Source of the DNA: Thalia democratica
Lineage: Eukaryota
Direction of reading: 5' to 3'
Length of the DNA: 64,000 nt
Assembly: GCA_965202585.1 (NCBI GenBank)
Contig: OZ241826.1
Location: forward strand, 23,250,001-23,314,000
The notes under the pieces are model-generated. The model did no database searches. It was not told the DNA's origin and saw only the letters and a program-made list of their open reading frames with translations. Below, piece after piece: positions 52,389 through 64,000 of the stretch. The translations under genes were made by a program, and so were the position numbers. The stretch's first letter is position 1. Each line of letters opens with the position of its first letter.

Positions 52389-52545
52389 ACTTACAACAGA
52401 ACGAAACCATATTGATAATTAGACCATTTTCATTTTCGACGACATATGTACTAATGACATTAGACCTCGGTAGGAAGTAATGCATGAATTCTTCTTTAGT
52501 GAAAACGGGTGAGAGCTTGAAATGCTTGAGGTAGTCGTACAACAA
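52389..52545 (-). pseudogene. NMT: Exon fragment of glycylpeptide N-myristoyltransferase (NMT), with its splice donor
   Basis: Reads LLYDYLKHFKLSPVFTKEEFMHYFLPRSNVISTYVVENENGLIINMVSFC and ends at a GTAAGT donor (52394-52389). This resembles the NMT C-domain segment LLxxYLxxFxLxPVxxxEExxHWFxPxxxxIxTxVVENxxGxxxDxxSFY, recalled from memory rather than searched. Confidence 0.8.
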
Positions 52546-54205
52546 AACTCTTCATGTTCGCTAATATCCCTACACGCTGTGAAGTAAGCAGAAGAGCTCT
52601 GCAGTGCAAGGATACTTTTTCGGATCAAAGCCAGTTTCATTTAGCAGTTTGGTTCTAATATTGTTGATGTTCTTCCCAAATTGACATCTTCTATCATGTA
52701 AATCAATACAGGCACCTTTACACTGAATGTAGACCAGATAAGTTTCCTATAATTTTTCAGGATTCTTTCTTTCTCTCGAGGTTTTAACTCTTCATTAGTA
52801 AACATTTGGCCATTGTAAATACAGATTAAGTCGCCCCATAGTATATCAGTAGTTGCTTTAAAGCTATGTGAAAAATTAAATTTTTCATAATTCCTATCTC
52901 AAGTTAAATCGTGGACTTTTCTTATTTTCTTGTGATTGGAGCTAAAAAATTTTTTGCAAAAAACAATAAACTCTCATTTTTTAAGTGCCATACTCAAGCT
53001 TGTTCAATAGAACACATTATAGTATGCTTTTTTCAAAGTTTATTTTTTTAACATTTATTTAACAATTTAAGATGATGTGTTATCATCTCAATAATGTTTA
53101 TATGCACTGAAATGTCGTGGAGTTTAAAAATTTTAAAGACATTTATTTTTAATAATTTTTATAAAATTTCTGATTCCACGTGATTCTTTACTAAATTCAC
53201 ATGTTTGTGTCTGATTTCCTAATGATGTTTTAGTTATCGTTTTTGGTTAAACATAAAATTGTTTATGGTACAAATACTTTCCTACACTATTAAGCAAATT
53301 GTATTTTTATGTAAACTAGCTAAACTATTTTTGTATTTACAATTTTTTTTTATTAATCTTTCCAAAACCTCATTTGATTAGGAGCAGGTTCAACCCAAAC
53401 TTTTCCCACAAACCTAATATTTAAAAAGTTTTTCTTTAGGTTCAAAAAGATTTTTCAACAAAAATACCTGCAAGCTAGCTAGGTCTGAATAGGTCAGAAT
53501 ATTTCCGGAATAGTTGTCACCCTAACAATAGAAAACTTTGTCGCTACATTCAGCTCATGCACATACTGATCTTATTAACTCTTTTTTAAGGCTATTAGAT
53601 ATCTTATTTAAAAACTTTCATTATCATTTAAGTTATTATGTTTATTTAGTTGAAAAGTATAAAACGATTTGTCTTAAAAAGAACAATGAATATTTTTATC
53701 TTAATGTTGATCGGAATGATTAAGAAGTTGATCTTTTGTTTTAATTTAATTTTATATAAGATGTACAGTCATGTATTTTGGTAGTGCTGTGAGTTGTTCT
53801 GTGATTATTCAAATGTTTCCTGGTCATTTAAATTTCTTGCAATCCATTTGAAAGGTTTTTTTATTCGAGTTTTTGGCTAACAGTGACTTGTAACAAAATT
53901 CTTTAAAACACACATCATAAATGCACCCTTTCTTCAAAACTGTATGACGAAATGTCTAACACTAAAGGTACAAACTTAATTTTTCTTATAGATTTTATCT
54001 TCAATTTTAGCTTTTTAATTTATGTAAATTTAAACAAAGTAATGGCTGAATTTACAATACTTGTATTTCTCTCATTATATCGCATGCAGTAATTTTTTTT
54101 TGTAAATTTATTGCTGTAATCTACAATTTTACTTTAGTTCATAGTGTATGATCAATAAGGAAAAAAATTACCTGTTTGGATCATTTGGTGATGAAGTGTA
54201 TTTAC
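52537..54205 (-). pseudogene. C2H2 zinc-finger + KMT5A-like SET gene, copy B (disrupted; SET 3' end replaced by the NMT fragment)
   Basis: SET region ~52537-52960 (FKATTDILWGDLICIYNGQMFTNEELKPREKE...YFTACRDISEHEE). Clean 54-nt exon 53468-53521 (GDNYSGNILTYSDLASLQ). Zinc-finger exon 53567-53961. Small upstream exon ~54172-54204. Colinear with copy A. Confidence 0.72.
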
Positions 54206-55399
54206 TAGATACTTTTTTTTAAAATCGGCTATTCTAACGTTTTACTCACCTTTCTTCTTTTAATCATGATTTTAATATGTCTAGTATCGTTCTATAGTTA
54301 ATGTCCGATTTTTAGATTTTTTTTGTAGTGTTCGTTATTAATTGACACTCCACTACTGTGAACTAGTTTATCAATGTCCTCGTGTGCTCCTTATTTGTTG
54401 GACATTGTAACAGTGCCTGACCTATTATAAGTGGATCTAATTCAGTATAAAACGAAGTATCTATTTACGTACATATCTATTATATCTTCTAAAGGCCAGT
54501 TGTAGTTCGTCGGAGTTCTTTTATTGCTGTTTTTTAAGTTATTATCATCGTTAAAATCAATTAACCCTATAGGGAACTTGAATTTTATTTTTCCCTCTCA
54601 TTTTCGCAACAATTAAACAAAATTTCAGGCGCGCTATTAGTCATCTTGGTACGTTGCAGGACGACGCCCGCGCATTCTCTTAACTTTAAGCTGATATTGA
54701 GTTAGTTAAATATGATTTGCTGTCGTTATACTTGAATTAAATCTAAATGAACTGTTTGATGATTTTAATTTGCACGTTCGGAAAGTTTTTGCTATAATTC
54801 CAGTTAGTTAGAAAATAGTTACTTTCGCTATATTAAAGTTTGGTTTTAAATGAATTATTTTTTAATACAGTTTGCGTGTTCATGCAAAAGATGTTTAATT
54901 TTTGGTTTAGCATAACGGTCTATTTTTGTACTTGTTAACAAGGTTATAAGAAGCTATGAGGATTTGTGCAGACACATGACTGAACCTTAAACGAAATATA
55001 AATGAGATTAATACACAAAGAGGAAAGTACAGCACTTACAGCTAATCTCTAACAAACAGTTTACTCTAGAATGAAATGCTATGTTAATGTACATAAATTT
55101 AGATATTTTTTAAAGCAGTCATAAATTTGCAACCCTAAAGAAGGAGCCTCAGGGCTTTAACAAATTCCAAAGTGTCTCGCGTGAAATTCACTGCAAAAGA
55201 TTTGCCGCTTTCTATTGTTTCCACAATTCTCTCAACAATGGTGTAGACGTCATTAATTAATGGTAAATTTTCAGTAAAACTATCCTGAGTTCCAATCACA
55301 AGATCTGAAGATCTTAAAGCTTCAAATTTCTGTGAATTGTCTGGGACTCTTTCTAATTCCTTTTTTTTTCTCACAAATCTGCTCGATGGCAGAGCGTTC

Positions 55400-55900
55400 T
55401 TAACAAATTTGTTTTTCTCTTTATCATAAATTAAAGTTTAAAAAGTTCTCAGTAAAAGTTTTCTTGCTATAAACAGCTGTCAAAAATAAGTTCTTGTGTC
55501 TTTTCTAAAACGTCAATAAAAGCCAATTCCTGGTAATTTTTCTTTTCTGATGTAAATGTTTTTGACGAATGTGTTTTGTTCAACACATTAAAAAATTCAT
55601 CAATCTCTTCCTTATCTTTTCCTAACACAAAACAAGCGTCGACATATCTATAATAAGTCACTTTGTACTAAGAGATCCACTTTCTTTCTATAAAGCCCAT
55701 GAATACATTTGACAAAGTCGGGCCTAATGGGAGCCCATGATTATTCCATCCTGTTGGGAATACATTTGTGTTTTTTTCGTAAATTGTACACTACTAGTTG
55801 ATAACTTTAAAGTTTACGAAAATTATTTTTACTTGTACTGGGTGTCTCAAGTCACGTATCAAGTTGTTAATTACCCTTTGCTTTATTAGTATTACTTTTA
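55400..55900 (-). mobile_element. Penelope-like RT fragment (degenerate)
   Basis: YSQQDGIIMGSPLGPTLSNVFMG and YYRYVDACFV...F..E...LAFIDV (ORF 55467-55661). Confidence 0.8.
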
Positions 55901-57309
55901 CGTTGATTACATTTTCACTATATAGTCTAGATTTGAAATTTATTTATTTGCTTAGATTTATTGCTTAGTTTACAACTGATGAAATAAGCATGAAATACAT
56001 ATTGTTTTGAAGTTTGAGTCTTATGTATACTTTTAAAGAATTTATTAAAGTGTCAAATGTTCTTATCATCCTTAAAGTCAATTATCCACATAGGGAAGTT
56101 TAATCAAAGATTCCAAAAAAAAAAGTTATACTCTTCTTCCAAAAAAAACAAAAGTTCACGGTTCGGCGCGATCACGTTGTTACTCGATTGTTAAAAGATT
56201 CAAATTTAAGTATTGGTCTTAACGGGTCAGCTGATGAACTACAAATGAGCCAAATGTCGGGTTTTTAATGTTTCTTCTACTTTTAATTCAATTTCTTCAG
56301 CAGCTTTCCATGATACTTACACAGGTAAGTATTCTTTTGATCAAGGTTGCGGCGCGTCTACAAAAAACAAATGGAAGTTTAAATATTTTTTTTCTTTTTA
56401 TCCTCCTTAAATATGTGCATTTTACTATTAACTTTGTAATAATTTAATTTAACGTGAAACTAAGTATCTACGTACACATTTATTATATCTTCTAAAGGTC
56501 AGGTGTAATTTGTCTCAATGCCGCTGTAGTTAGTTATTTTCATCCTTTAAATCAATTTTCCACACAGAAAATTAAATTCAACTTTGCCAAACTCTTCCTC
56601 CAAAACAAAAAATGTTTCATGCTTTAGCGCGATCATGCTGTTACTTGGCTGTTTACAAATAGGCAAGATGACGCCCGCGCATTTTCGTAACTTTAAGATG
56701 AAGTTTCAGTTAGTTTAGAAAGAGTTACTTTCGTTGTATTTGAAACTTATTTTTAGTAAAAAAAATTTAAATATAGTTTTGCATGTTCGTGCAAAAGATA
56801 AAAGAAATTTAATTAAGCACAACGATATAATTTAAAACTTTTTGTTAGCAAGGTCATAGATTTTTGGCTCGGATTTGTTTTAAACGCGCAAATAATCATA
56901 AGGTGTTTACCTGACATGTGAATTAACAGATTCAAAGCCTATAACTATATTTACTTGCTTAAATTTATTTCTGCAAGCATTTAGTTTCTTAAAGAGATAC
57001 ATATTTATTAATATTATTTGAATACTGCCTTAGTTCTTAAAATATGTAAAGTAAGTCTAAAAACTTAGTTTTAAACTAAACTTTTTATAATTTTTTAATG
57101 AATAAATGAACACTCAACTTTTTTCTTTCCAATATTATATATTTCGTTAAGTTCTTTTTAGGGAAATTACAATTGAAAAAATACAATAAAACACAACAAG
57201 TATATATATATACAAAAATTTTTGCAAGTTAATTAACTAAACAAATAAGTAAATGTAATCAACAAAAATGTAAACATCAAGAACTTTAAAAATCAACACC
57301 AAATGGTCT

Positions 57310-57830
57310 TAACTAAATAAGGCTAAAGTGTAGTCAAATTATTTCTTTTTACATAAACTTGGTTTGTTTAAATGTATTAAAATGGCTTCAAGTCTAATTA
57401 ATGCCAATGTATTTGAACATTGTCGCATTACACTGAAATTAGACAATGCAAACTTTTTTCCACAACTTAGATTATTCACAAGGTGTTCTGCTATCCCGGA
57501 TTTTTTTATTGCATTTTTGACTGCAACACTCTTTTCGTCTTTTTTGTCTTTAATATACGAAGTGATACACTTAGGAACATGTTTCTTTATTCTAGTAGTA
57601 AGGTGTCGAGAAGTTTGACCAATGTAGTTACTGTCACAGCAACATTTAAACTTGTAAACTACAAGACTTTTTTTCTTCTGGTCTCATTAGGTCTTTTACC
57701 GAACGTTGAAGTATTGGTTTGGACATGAAGAGAACCCTATGATTCACCGCATGATATGTTTTACTTGTAATATTCACTATTTTTTTCTCAATTAATTTCG
57801 ATTCAGCGCCAATATATGGAAGTTTCATTA
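57310..57830 (-). mobile_element. Penelope-like GIY-YIG 3' fragment
   Basis: KLPYIG...; VYKFKCCCDSNYIGQTSRHL..RI..H; IAEHL; RLEAILI..NKPSLC. Confidence 0.85.
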
Positions 57831-58229
57831 TTATTATTCAGAATTTGACGAAATATATTGGAAAGAAAAATTTGAGTGTTTATTTATTCATTAAAAAATT
57901 ATAAACTATAGTCTGTCGTTTAAATAACTAAAAACTTTTTATTATTTTTCATTTTCTACTTCTTACCTAGATGTTAAAATAAATGTTTATGTTGAGCAAC
58001 TTTCCACTATACTTACACAGGAAACTGTTATATTTGAGCCAAAATGTATAAAAAATCACGTCCTGTAAAACAAAAAATAAAAACATTTTATTTTGATCTT
58101 TATTATTGTTGCTTTATTAAATATATAAGTGATATATCGTTTCTTTATAATCAGACATCTAATTGAATTTTTAATTTTGTAGGTTTTAGATGAGTATTTT
58201 TATTTTGATACTATGTGGTAAACATCTCA

Positions 58230-58440
58230 CGTTTACCTAGAAATTTTTGAAGAAATTCTGTCCACAAATGTAAATTTTTAGACTGCTGTGAGTTGTGCTG
58301 TGATTACTTAAATGTTGCCTGGTCTTAAAACCTTCCTTTAAAATCTTTTAAAAGGTTTTTCACTCGTGTGGGTTCTTGTGGGGGTAGTCAGAAGTGAATT
58401 GTAAGCAAACATAGCAAGTGAAGTCTTAATGTACTTTTTA
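58230..58440 (-). pseudogene. C2H2 zinc-finger fragment of the same family
   Basis: RTHTSEKPFK...GFKTRQHLSNHSTTHSS, containing a canonical TGEKP-type linker. Confidence 0.65.
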
Positions 58441-58789
58441 AAGATGTATACAACTGTCATGTGTCAACTACTATTATACAAACTTTATATACTTTAGTAC
58501 AATATTATTGTTTATCGAACGAATGAATGCTTTTCCAATCTTCTAAAAATATAACATTTGGTATACAAATATTAAAAAGTATAAAACAGTCTAAATTTTT
58601 TGTGATAGTTTGATAGTATTTCTCTTTTTTTCATGAGAAACTAACAGTAGAACAAAACATAAACTTATGAGTATTTTTTTTAATAACAACCAAAAAAGTT
58701 CAAGCTAATTAAGTAATTAGTACAATAAATAACCAGTATAAATTAATTTTAATAATAATCAGTTAAACTAATATACTGCTAACAAAAAC

Positions 58790-60290
58790 AAAATAAATAA
58801 TTTAAGTATATAAAAACACTATGTAATCAAATCCCTTTTGTTTGCATAATTCTGGTTTCTATAAAAATATATAGGTAGCCTCCAACGAGATCAAATACAC
58901 AATTAAAATGATAAATTTTTTTAAATCTAAATGTTTTATATCTCCTTGAACAATCTCTATTGTTTATTAAATGTTCTGCTACTGAAAATATTTTAGCTGC
59001 GTTTTTGGTTGCCGCTGTCTTTATCAATAAATTTCAACACGCTAAATGTTCCTTTATCCTTTAAAAAGAAAGTAAATGTTCCTTTACTCTAGTTTTGAAA
59101 TGCCTCGAAAATTGACCGATATGGCTTCTTCTGCAAAAGCAATTAAAATTGTATATTAAACAACTTGTGTTTTGGTCTGGTATCTGATCCTTGAACTGCA
59201 CTTTTAATAAAGGTTTTTGAGAGAAATATGTTCTTGAACTACCTTTATTGTAAGATGTTTTTATTAATTCTTTTACTTTATTCTCAAATACACCTGATGT
59301 TTTTTCAATATATGGTAGTTTCAAAACTGCTGGGAATTACTCCAGTCCAGACATCTTAAGTTTATTTAGGTTATTGTACTTTATATAACCCTCCTTATCA
59401 AATATGTTGGACATCCATTTTTATTAAAATCTGTTTTATTCTCTCCACCTCTAAATGAAGTGGTTCTTTAGAACAAATCGTGTAGGCTTTATGACATAGT
59501 TTTTTATTTTGTTTACTTTTTGTTTCTTACTACAAAATTATTTATAGTTTAAGTACTGCCCAGTGAAAGTTGTTTTCCTATAGACACTCGTTAGAAAGTT
59601 TGTTTTAACCATGTCATTAATATATCTAAAAATGGCATTCGGTTGTTCTATTTCACTTCTCTAATAAAAGAAATCTTTTAATGTAAAGAATTAAACTTTT
59701 GAAATATAGCTATGTTTTCACTTTTTGTTTAAGAATCGTCAACTTATCCAATGTAGACAGCCTGTGACGACAGATCTTCAACAATTTTGGATTAAAGATA
59801 TCCGATAAAAATATTAGCAAGTCTTGGGCCCAACGGTAATCCCATAGCCACGCTGTCTATCTGACTTTAAAATTTAATTATTAAAACTAAACTGTACATC
59901 GCTTATTGCCATTTTCATTAGCTTAATAAAACTATTTTTCTCTAAGTTTGGTTTTACGATTTTATATAGTTTATCAACACTTACCTTTATTGATTCTTTT
60001 AATAGTACACTGGTGAATATTTGGTCTACATCAAAAAAATATTAATTTATATTAGTTGATCTAGCGCTTCAGATCACTTTCAATAACCTCAAAAGAGTCC
60101 TTAACAGCAAACAGTGAGTATTAAGTTAAAACCGACTCTTTTAAAAAATTCAGAAATCTGGCTAGTTTGTGCTGTGGTTACTTAATCATCGACAAAAAAG
60201 CTCTGAATAAAAATTTATTCTTTAGGCAGTTTTGGAAGACCGTATATCCTCGGCTTAATCGAACCAATTAGTTTATTAGCCATAAAAACA
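58790..60290 (-). mobile_element. Degenerate Penelope-like element (RT + GIY-YIG)
   Basis: PRIYGLPK (~60240), QIDSVAMGLPLGP (~59840), KLPYI...IYNFNCFC..SHIGQ.SRH...RVKEH (59061-59324), and VAEHL. Confidence 0.85.
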
Positions 60291-60490
60291 GATTATAAGA
60301 TCTCATTTTTTAATTATCATCTAAGTTATTATGTTTATCTAATTGATTGGAAGTATATAACGATTTGTTTAAAAAAGAACAATGATAATTCGTACCTTGA
60401 TGTTGAACGGAATGATTAAAAAGTTGGTATTTTTTTTATTAATTTTTCTATAAACTGTACAGTTATGTATTTTTTCAGTGCTGTGAGTCA
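60290..60490 (-). pseudogene. Partial fifth copy of the zinc-finger exon
   Basis: Aligns with 53620-53790 (gttgaacggaatgattaa, tgtacagttatgtatttt, gtgctgtgagt). Confidence 0.65.
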
Positions 60491-60981
60491 TTCTCTTTTT
60501 TTTAATTTCCCTGTTTTACTGTAACCATATATTTAACATGACCACATATTTAACCTGACTGATTTTAAATCTGCAAAAAAACAGGTAGTACGAAGTGAAG
60601 GTAATGAAATTTAAAAATTTTTTATTACTCAGCAAAAGAAAAAAAAAATCTGATTAAAAGTTTGGCTTAGAACCTTGCTGAAAGAAACGACCAATCGTAC
60701 AGCTTCCCAAAATAACAAACAATGTTTCGTGCTTCAGCGCGCTATTACTCATGTCAATGCGGTGCGGCATGACGCTCGCTTTTTAACATTAAAACCAGTT
60801 AGTTATAAATTATTTGCTGTCGTTGTACTTGAATTTAAACCTATATGAATTGATTACCAAATATAGTTAAGCGTTTTAAATCTAAGAATTTTTTTTTATT
60901 TTAATAACAGTTTAATTTTCATATTTTTTGTTAACTACTTCATAGACTTTTGTCAAAAGTTTGTTGCTCCCTGTGCCTCTT

Positions 60982-63341
60982 ACAATTTAAATATTTATTG
61001 TGTATTGAGATAGAGACCCTCTAATTTCCCATCAAGCAAATATATATTTCTTTCTTACCACTGTGTTGTTGTTCGTTGAACAGATCTACATCTACCCTGC
61101 GCCTCAAACAACTCAAATATTTTTTGTGCATTGAGAGAGACCCTTTATTTTCCCATCCAGCACATATATTTCTCTCTTCCTCCGTTTTGTTGTTTGTTGA
61201 ACAGATCTACATCTACCCTGCGCCTCAAACAACTTAAATATTTTTTGTGCATTTAGAGAGAGACCCTCGAACTTCCCATCAAGCACATATATTTCTCTTT
61301 CCTCCGTGTTGTTGTTTGTTAAACAGATCTACATCTACCCTGCGCCTCAAACAACTCAAATATTTTTTGTGCATTGAGATAGACCCTTTATTTTCCTATC
61401 CAGCACATATATTTCTCTTTCCTCCGTTTTGTTGTTTGTTGAACAGATCTACATCTACCCTGCGTTTCTAACCACTCAAATATTTTTTTGCATTGAGAGA
61501 GACCATTTATTTTCCTATCCAGCACATATATTTCTCTCTTCCCTCCGTGTTGTTGTTTGTTGAACAGATCTACATCTACCCTGCGCCTCAAACAACTTAA
61601 ATATTTTTTGTGCATTTAGAGAGAGACCCTCGAACTTCCCATCAAGCACATATATTTCTCTTTCCTCCGTGTTGTTGTTTGTTAAACAGATCTACATCTA
61701 CCCTGCGCCTCAAACAACTCAAATATTTTTTGTGCATTGAGATAGACCCTTTATTTTCCTATCCAGCACATATATTTCTCTTTCCTCCGTTTTGTTGTTT
61801 GTTGAACAGATCTACATCTACCCTGCGTTTCTAACCACTCAAATATTTTTTTGCATTGAGAGAGACCATTTATTTTCCTATCCAGCACATATATTTCTCT
61901 CTTCCCTCCGTGTTGTTGTTTGTTAAACAGATCTACATCTACCCTGCGTTTCTAACCACTTAAATATTTTTTGTGCATTTAGAGAGAGACCCTCTAATTT
62001 CCCATACAGCACATATATTTCTCTCTTCCTCCGTGTTGTTGTTTGTTAAACAGATCATCTACCCTGCGCCTCAAACAACTCAAATATTTTTTGTGCATTG
62101 AGAGAGACCCTTTATTTTCCCATCAAGCACATATATTTCTCTCTTCCCACCGTGTTGTTGTTTGTTAAACAGATCTACATATACTCTGCGCCTCAAACAA
62201 CTCAAATATTTTTGTGCATTTAGAGAGAGACCCTCTAATTTCCCATACAGCACATATATTTCTCTCTTCCTCCGTGTTGTTGTTTGTTAAACAGATCATC
62301 TATCCTGCGCCTCAAACAACTCAAATATTTTTTGTGCATTGAGAGAGACCCTTTATTTTCCTATCCAGCACATATATTTCTTTCTTCCCTCCGTGTTGTT
62401 GTTTGTTGAACAGATCTACTTCTACCTTGCGCCTCAAACAACTTAAATGTTTTTTTCGCATTTAGAGAGAGACCCTCTAATTTCCCATCAAGCATATATA
62501 TCTCTCTTCCCACCGTGTTGTTGTTTGTTGAACAGATCTACATCTACCTTGCGCCTCAAACAACTCAAATATTTTTTGTGCATTGAGAGAGACCCTTTAT
62601 TTTCCTATCCAGCACATATATTTCTCTCTTCCTCCGTTTTGTTGTTTGTTGAACAGATCTACTTCTACCCTGCGCCTCAAACAACTCAAATATTTTTTTG
62701 CATTGAGAGAGACCATTTATTTTCCTATCCAGCACATATATTTCTCTTTCCTCCGTTTTGTTGTTTGTTGAACAGATCTACATCTACCTTGCGCCTCAAA
62801 CAACTTAAATGTTTTTTTCGCATTTAGAGAGAGACCCTCTAATTTCCCATCAAGCATATATATCTCTCTTCCCACCGTGTTGTTGTTTGTTGAACAGATC
62901 TACATCTACCTTGCGCCTCAAACAACTCAAATATTTTTTGTGCATTGAGAGAGACCCTTTATTTTCCTATCCAGCACATATATTTCTCTCTTCCTCCGTT
63001 TTGTTGTTTGTTGAACAGATCTACATCTACCCTGCGCCTCAAACAACTTAAATATTTTTTGTGCATTTAGAGAGAGACCCTCGAACTTCCCATCAAGCAC
63101 ATATATTTCTCTTTCCTCCGTGTTGTTGTTTGTTAAACAGATCTACATCTACCCTGCGCCTCAAACAACTCAAATATTTTTTGTGCATTGAGATAGACCC
63201 TTTATTTTCCTATCCAGCACATATATTTCTCTCTTCCTCCGTGTTGTTGTTTGTTGAACAAGTCTACATATACTCTGCGCCTCAAACAACTTAAATATTT
63301 TATGTGCATTGAGAGAGACCCTTTATTTTCCTATCCAGCAC
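60982..63341. repeat. ~121-bp tandem minisatellite, ~19 units
   Basis: Unit approximately tgtgcattgagagagaccctttattttcctatccagcacatatatttctctcttcctccgt(g/t)ttgttgtttgttgaacagatctacatctaccctgcgcctcaaacaactcaaatattttt. The identical short ORFs in the ORF track recur at 362-363 bp spacing. Confidence 0.97.
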
Positions 63342-64000
63342 TAATTATTAAAATTGAGTTTAGCAACTTAATATTTATGCGATTTTGTAAACGATTATTT
63401 GCAACTGCCATTTGACTGAATAATCTTTAAATTGCTTCATTTGAATGTTGTAATGTAAACAGTTTTAGGGGAAATTTAGCAAGGTTTTTGTAAGAGCTTG
63501 TTTCTCTTTCAAGCTGATTCAGCCAAAATTTAACTCTTAATTCATCTGCTAGTATCTGATACCTTGTTAAACTAGTAGTACATAGTTAATAACATGTAGT
63601 TTTATTGTATTTTTATTGGAATAACATATAGTAAGTGTCTGTTTAAATTGACAATTCTATGTATAGTATTAACAAAGTTTATTAATAATGATACTCTAGA
63701 AAATGTATAAACATAATAAGTGACATCCTGTCGCTTCATGAAATTCAGCAGACAAGAAGGACCATTAATTTTCAGTGATGTCACGTTCTTGTTGTAAAGT
63801 CATATTCAAAATTATTTCAATAATGAACTAATTTCAGGCCGAGGAAATTCAAATACCTATTTTGTTACAGTTTAGATCAATATAACTTACAGCTGAATTC
63901 TACTAAAAACTAAAAAAAGCTCACTTTATTTAGTACTGAGATACTTTTAATTAATTCCAAACACTTGCTTAAAGTTCTTTGACGAGGCTAATAACATACA

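Noticed and set aside
52419-52640. ORF MKLALIRKSILALQSS... as an intact gene
   Set aside because: It is a mosaic: one frame of the frameshifted SET pseudogene running out of frame through the NMT fragment.
54340-54420. LLQCPTNKEH as a GTSF1-like CHHC zinc finger
   Set aside because: The second His and final Cys are missing and a stop follows; the match is too short.
60982-63341. Minisatellite as a CRISPR array or as a coding repeat (ORFs MHLERDPR..., MFFSHLERD...)
   Set aside because: There are no unique spacers or cas genes and the context is eukaryotic. Unit length is not a multiple of 3, so the ORFs are by-products of the repeat.

Overview
This is an AT-rich eukaryotic (invertebrate-type) window; the organism cannot be determined from the sequence. 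The left half (751-32952, + strand) is the 3' part of one very large gene, manually reconstructed as 67 GT-AG exons and 4,977 aa. It encodes 87 tandem thrombospondin type-1 repeats (TSRs), one Sushi/CCP domain and two MIDAS-intact vWA domains, with no transmembrane segment. All 59 introns between TSR exons are phase 0. The right half is a region of decayed genes and transposons, mostly on the - strand. It holds (1) a decayed multi-exon gene with a STAND-like P-loop remnant, (2) a tandem cluster of broken genes that join a C2H2 zinc-finger array exon to a PR-Set7/KMT5A-like SET exon, one copy fused to an N-myristoyltransferase exon fragment, (3) four Penelope-like retroelement copies, the youngest with an inverted terminal repeat carrying a minimal hammerhead ribozyme in each arm, and (4) a ~121-bp minisatellite with higher-order structure. 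All coordinates and translations were derived by hand; no database searches were run.
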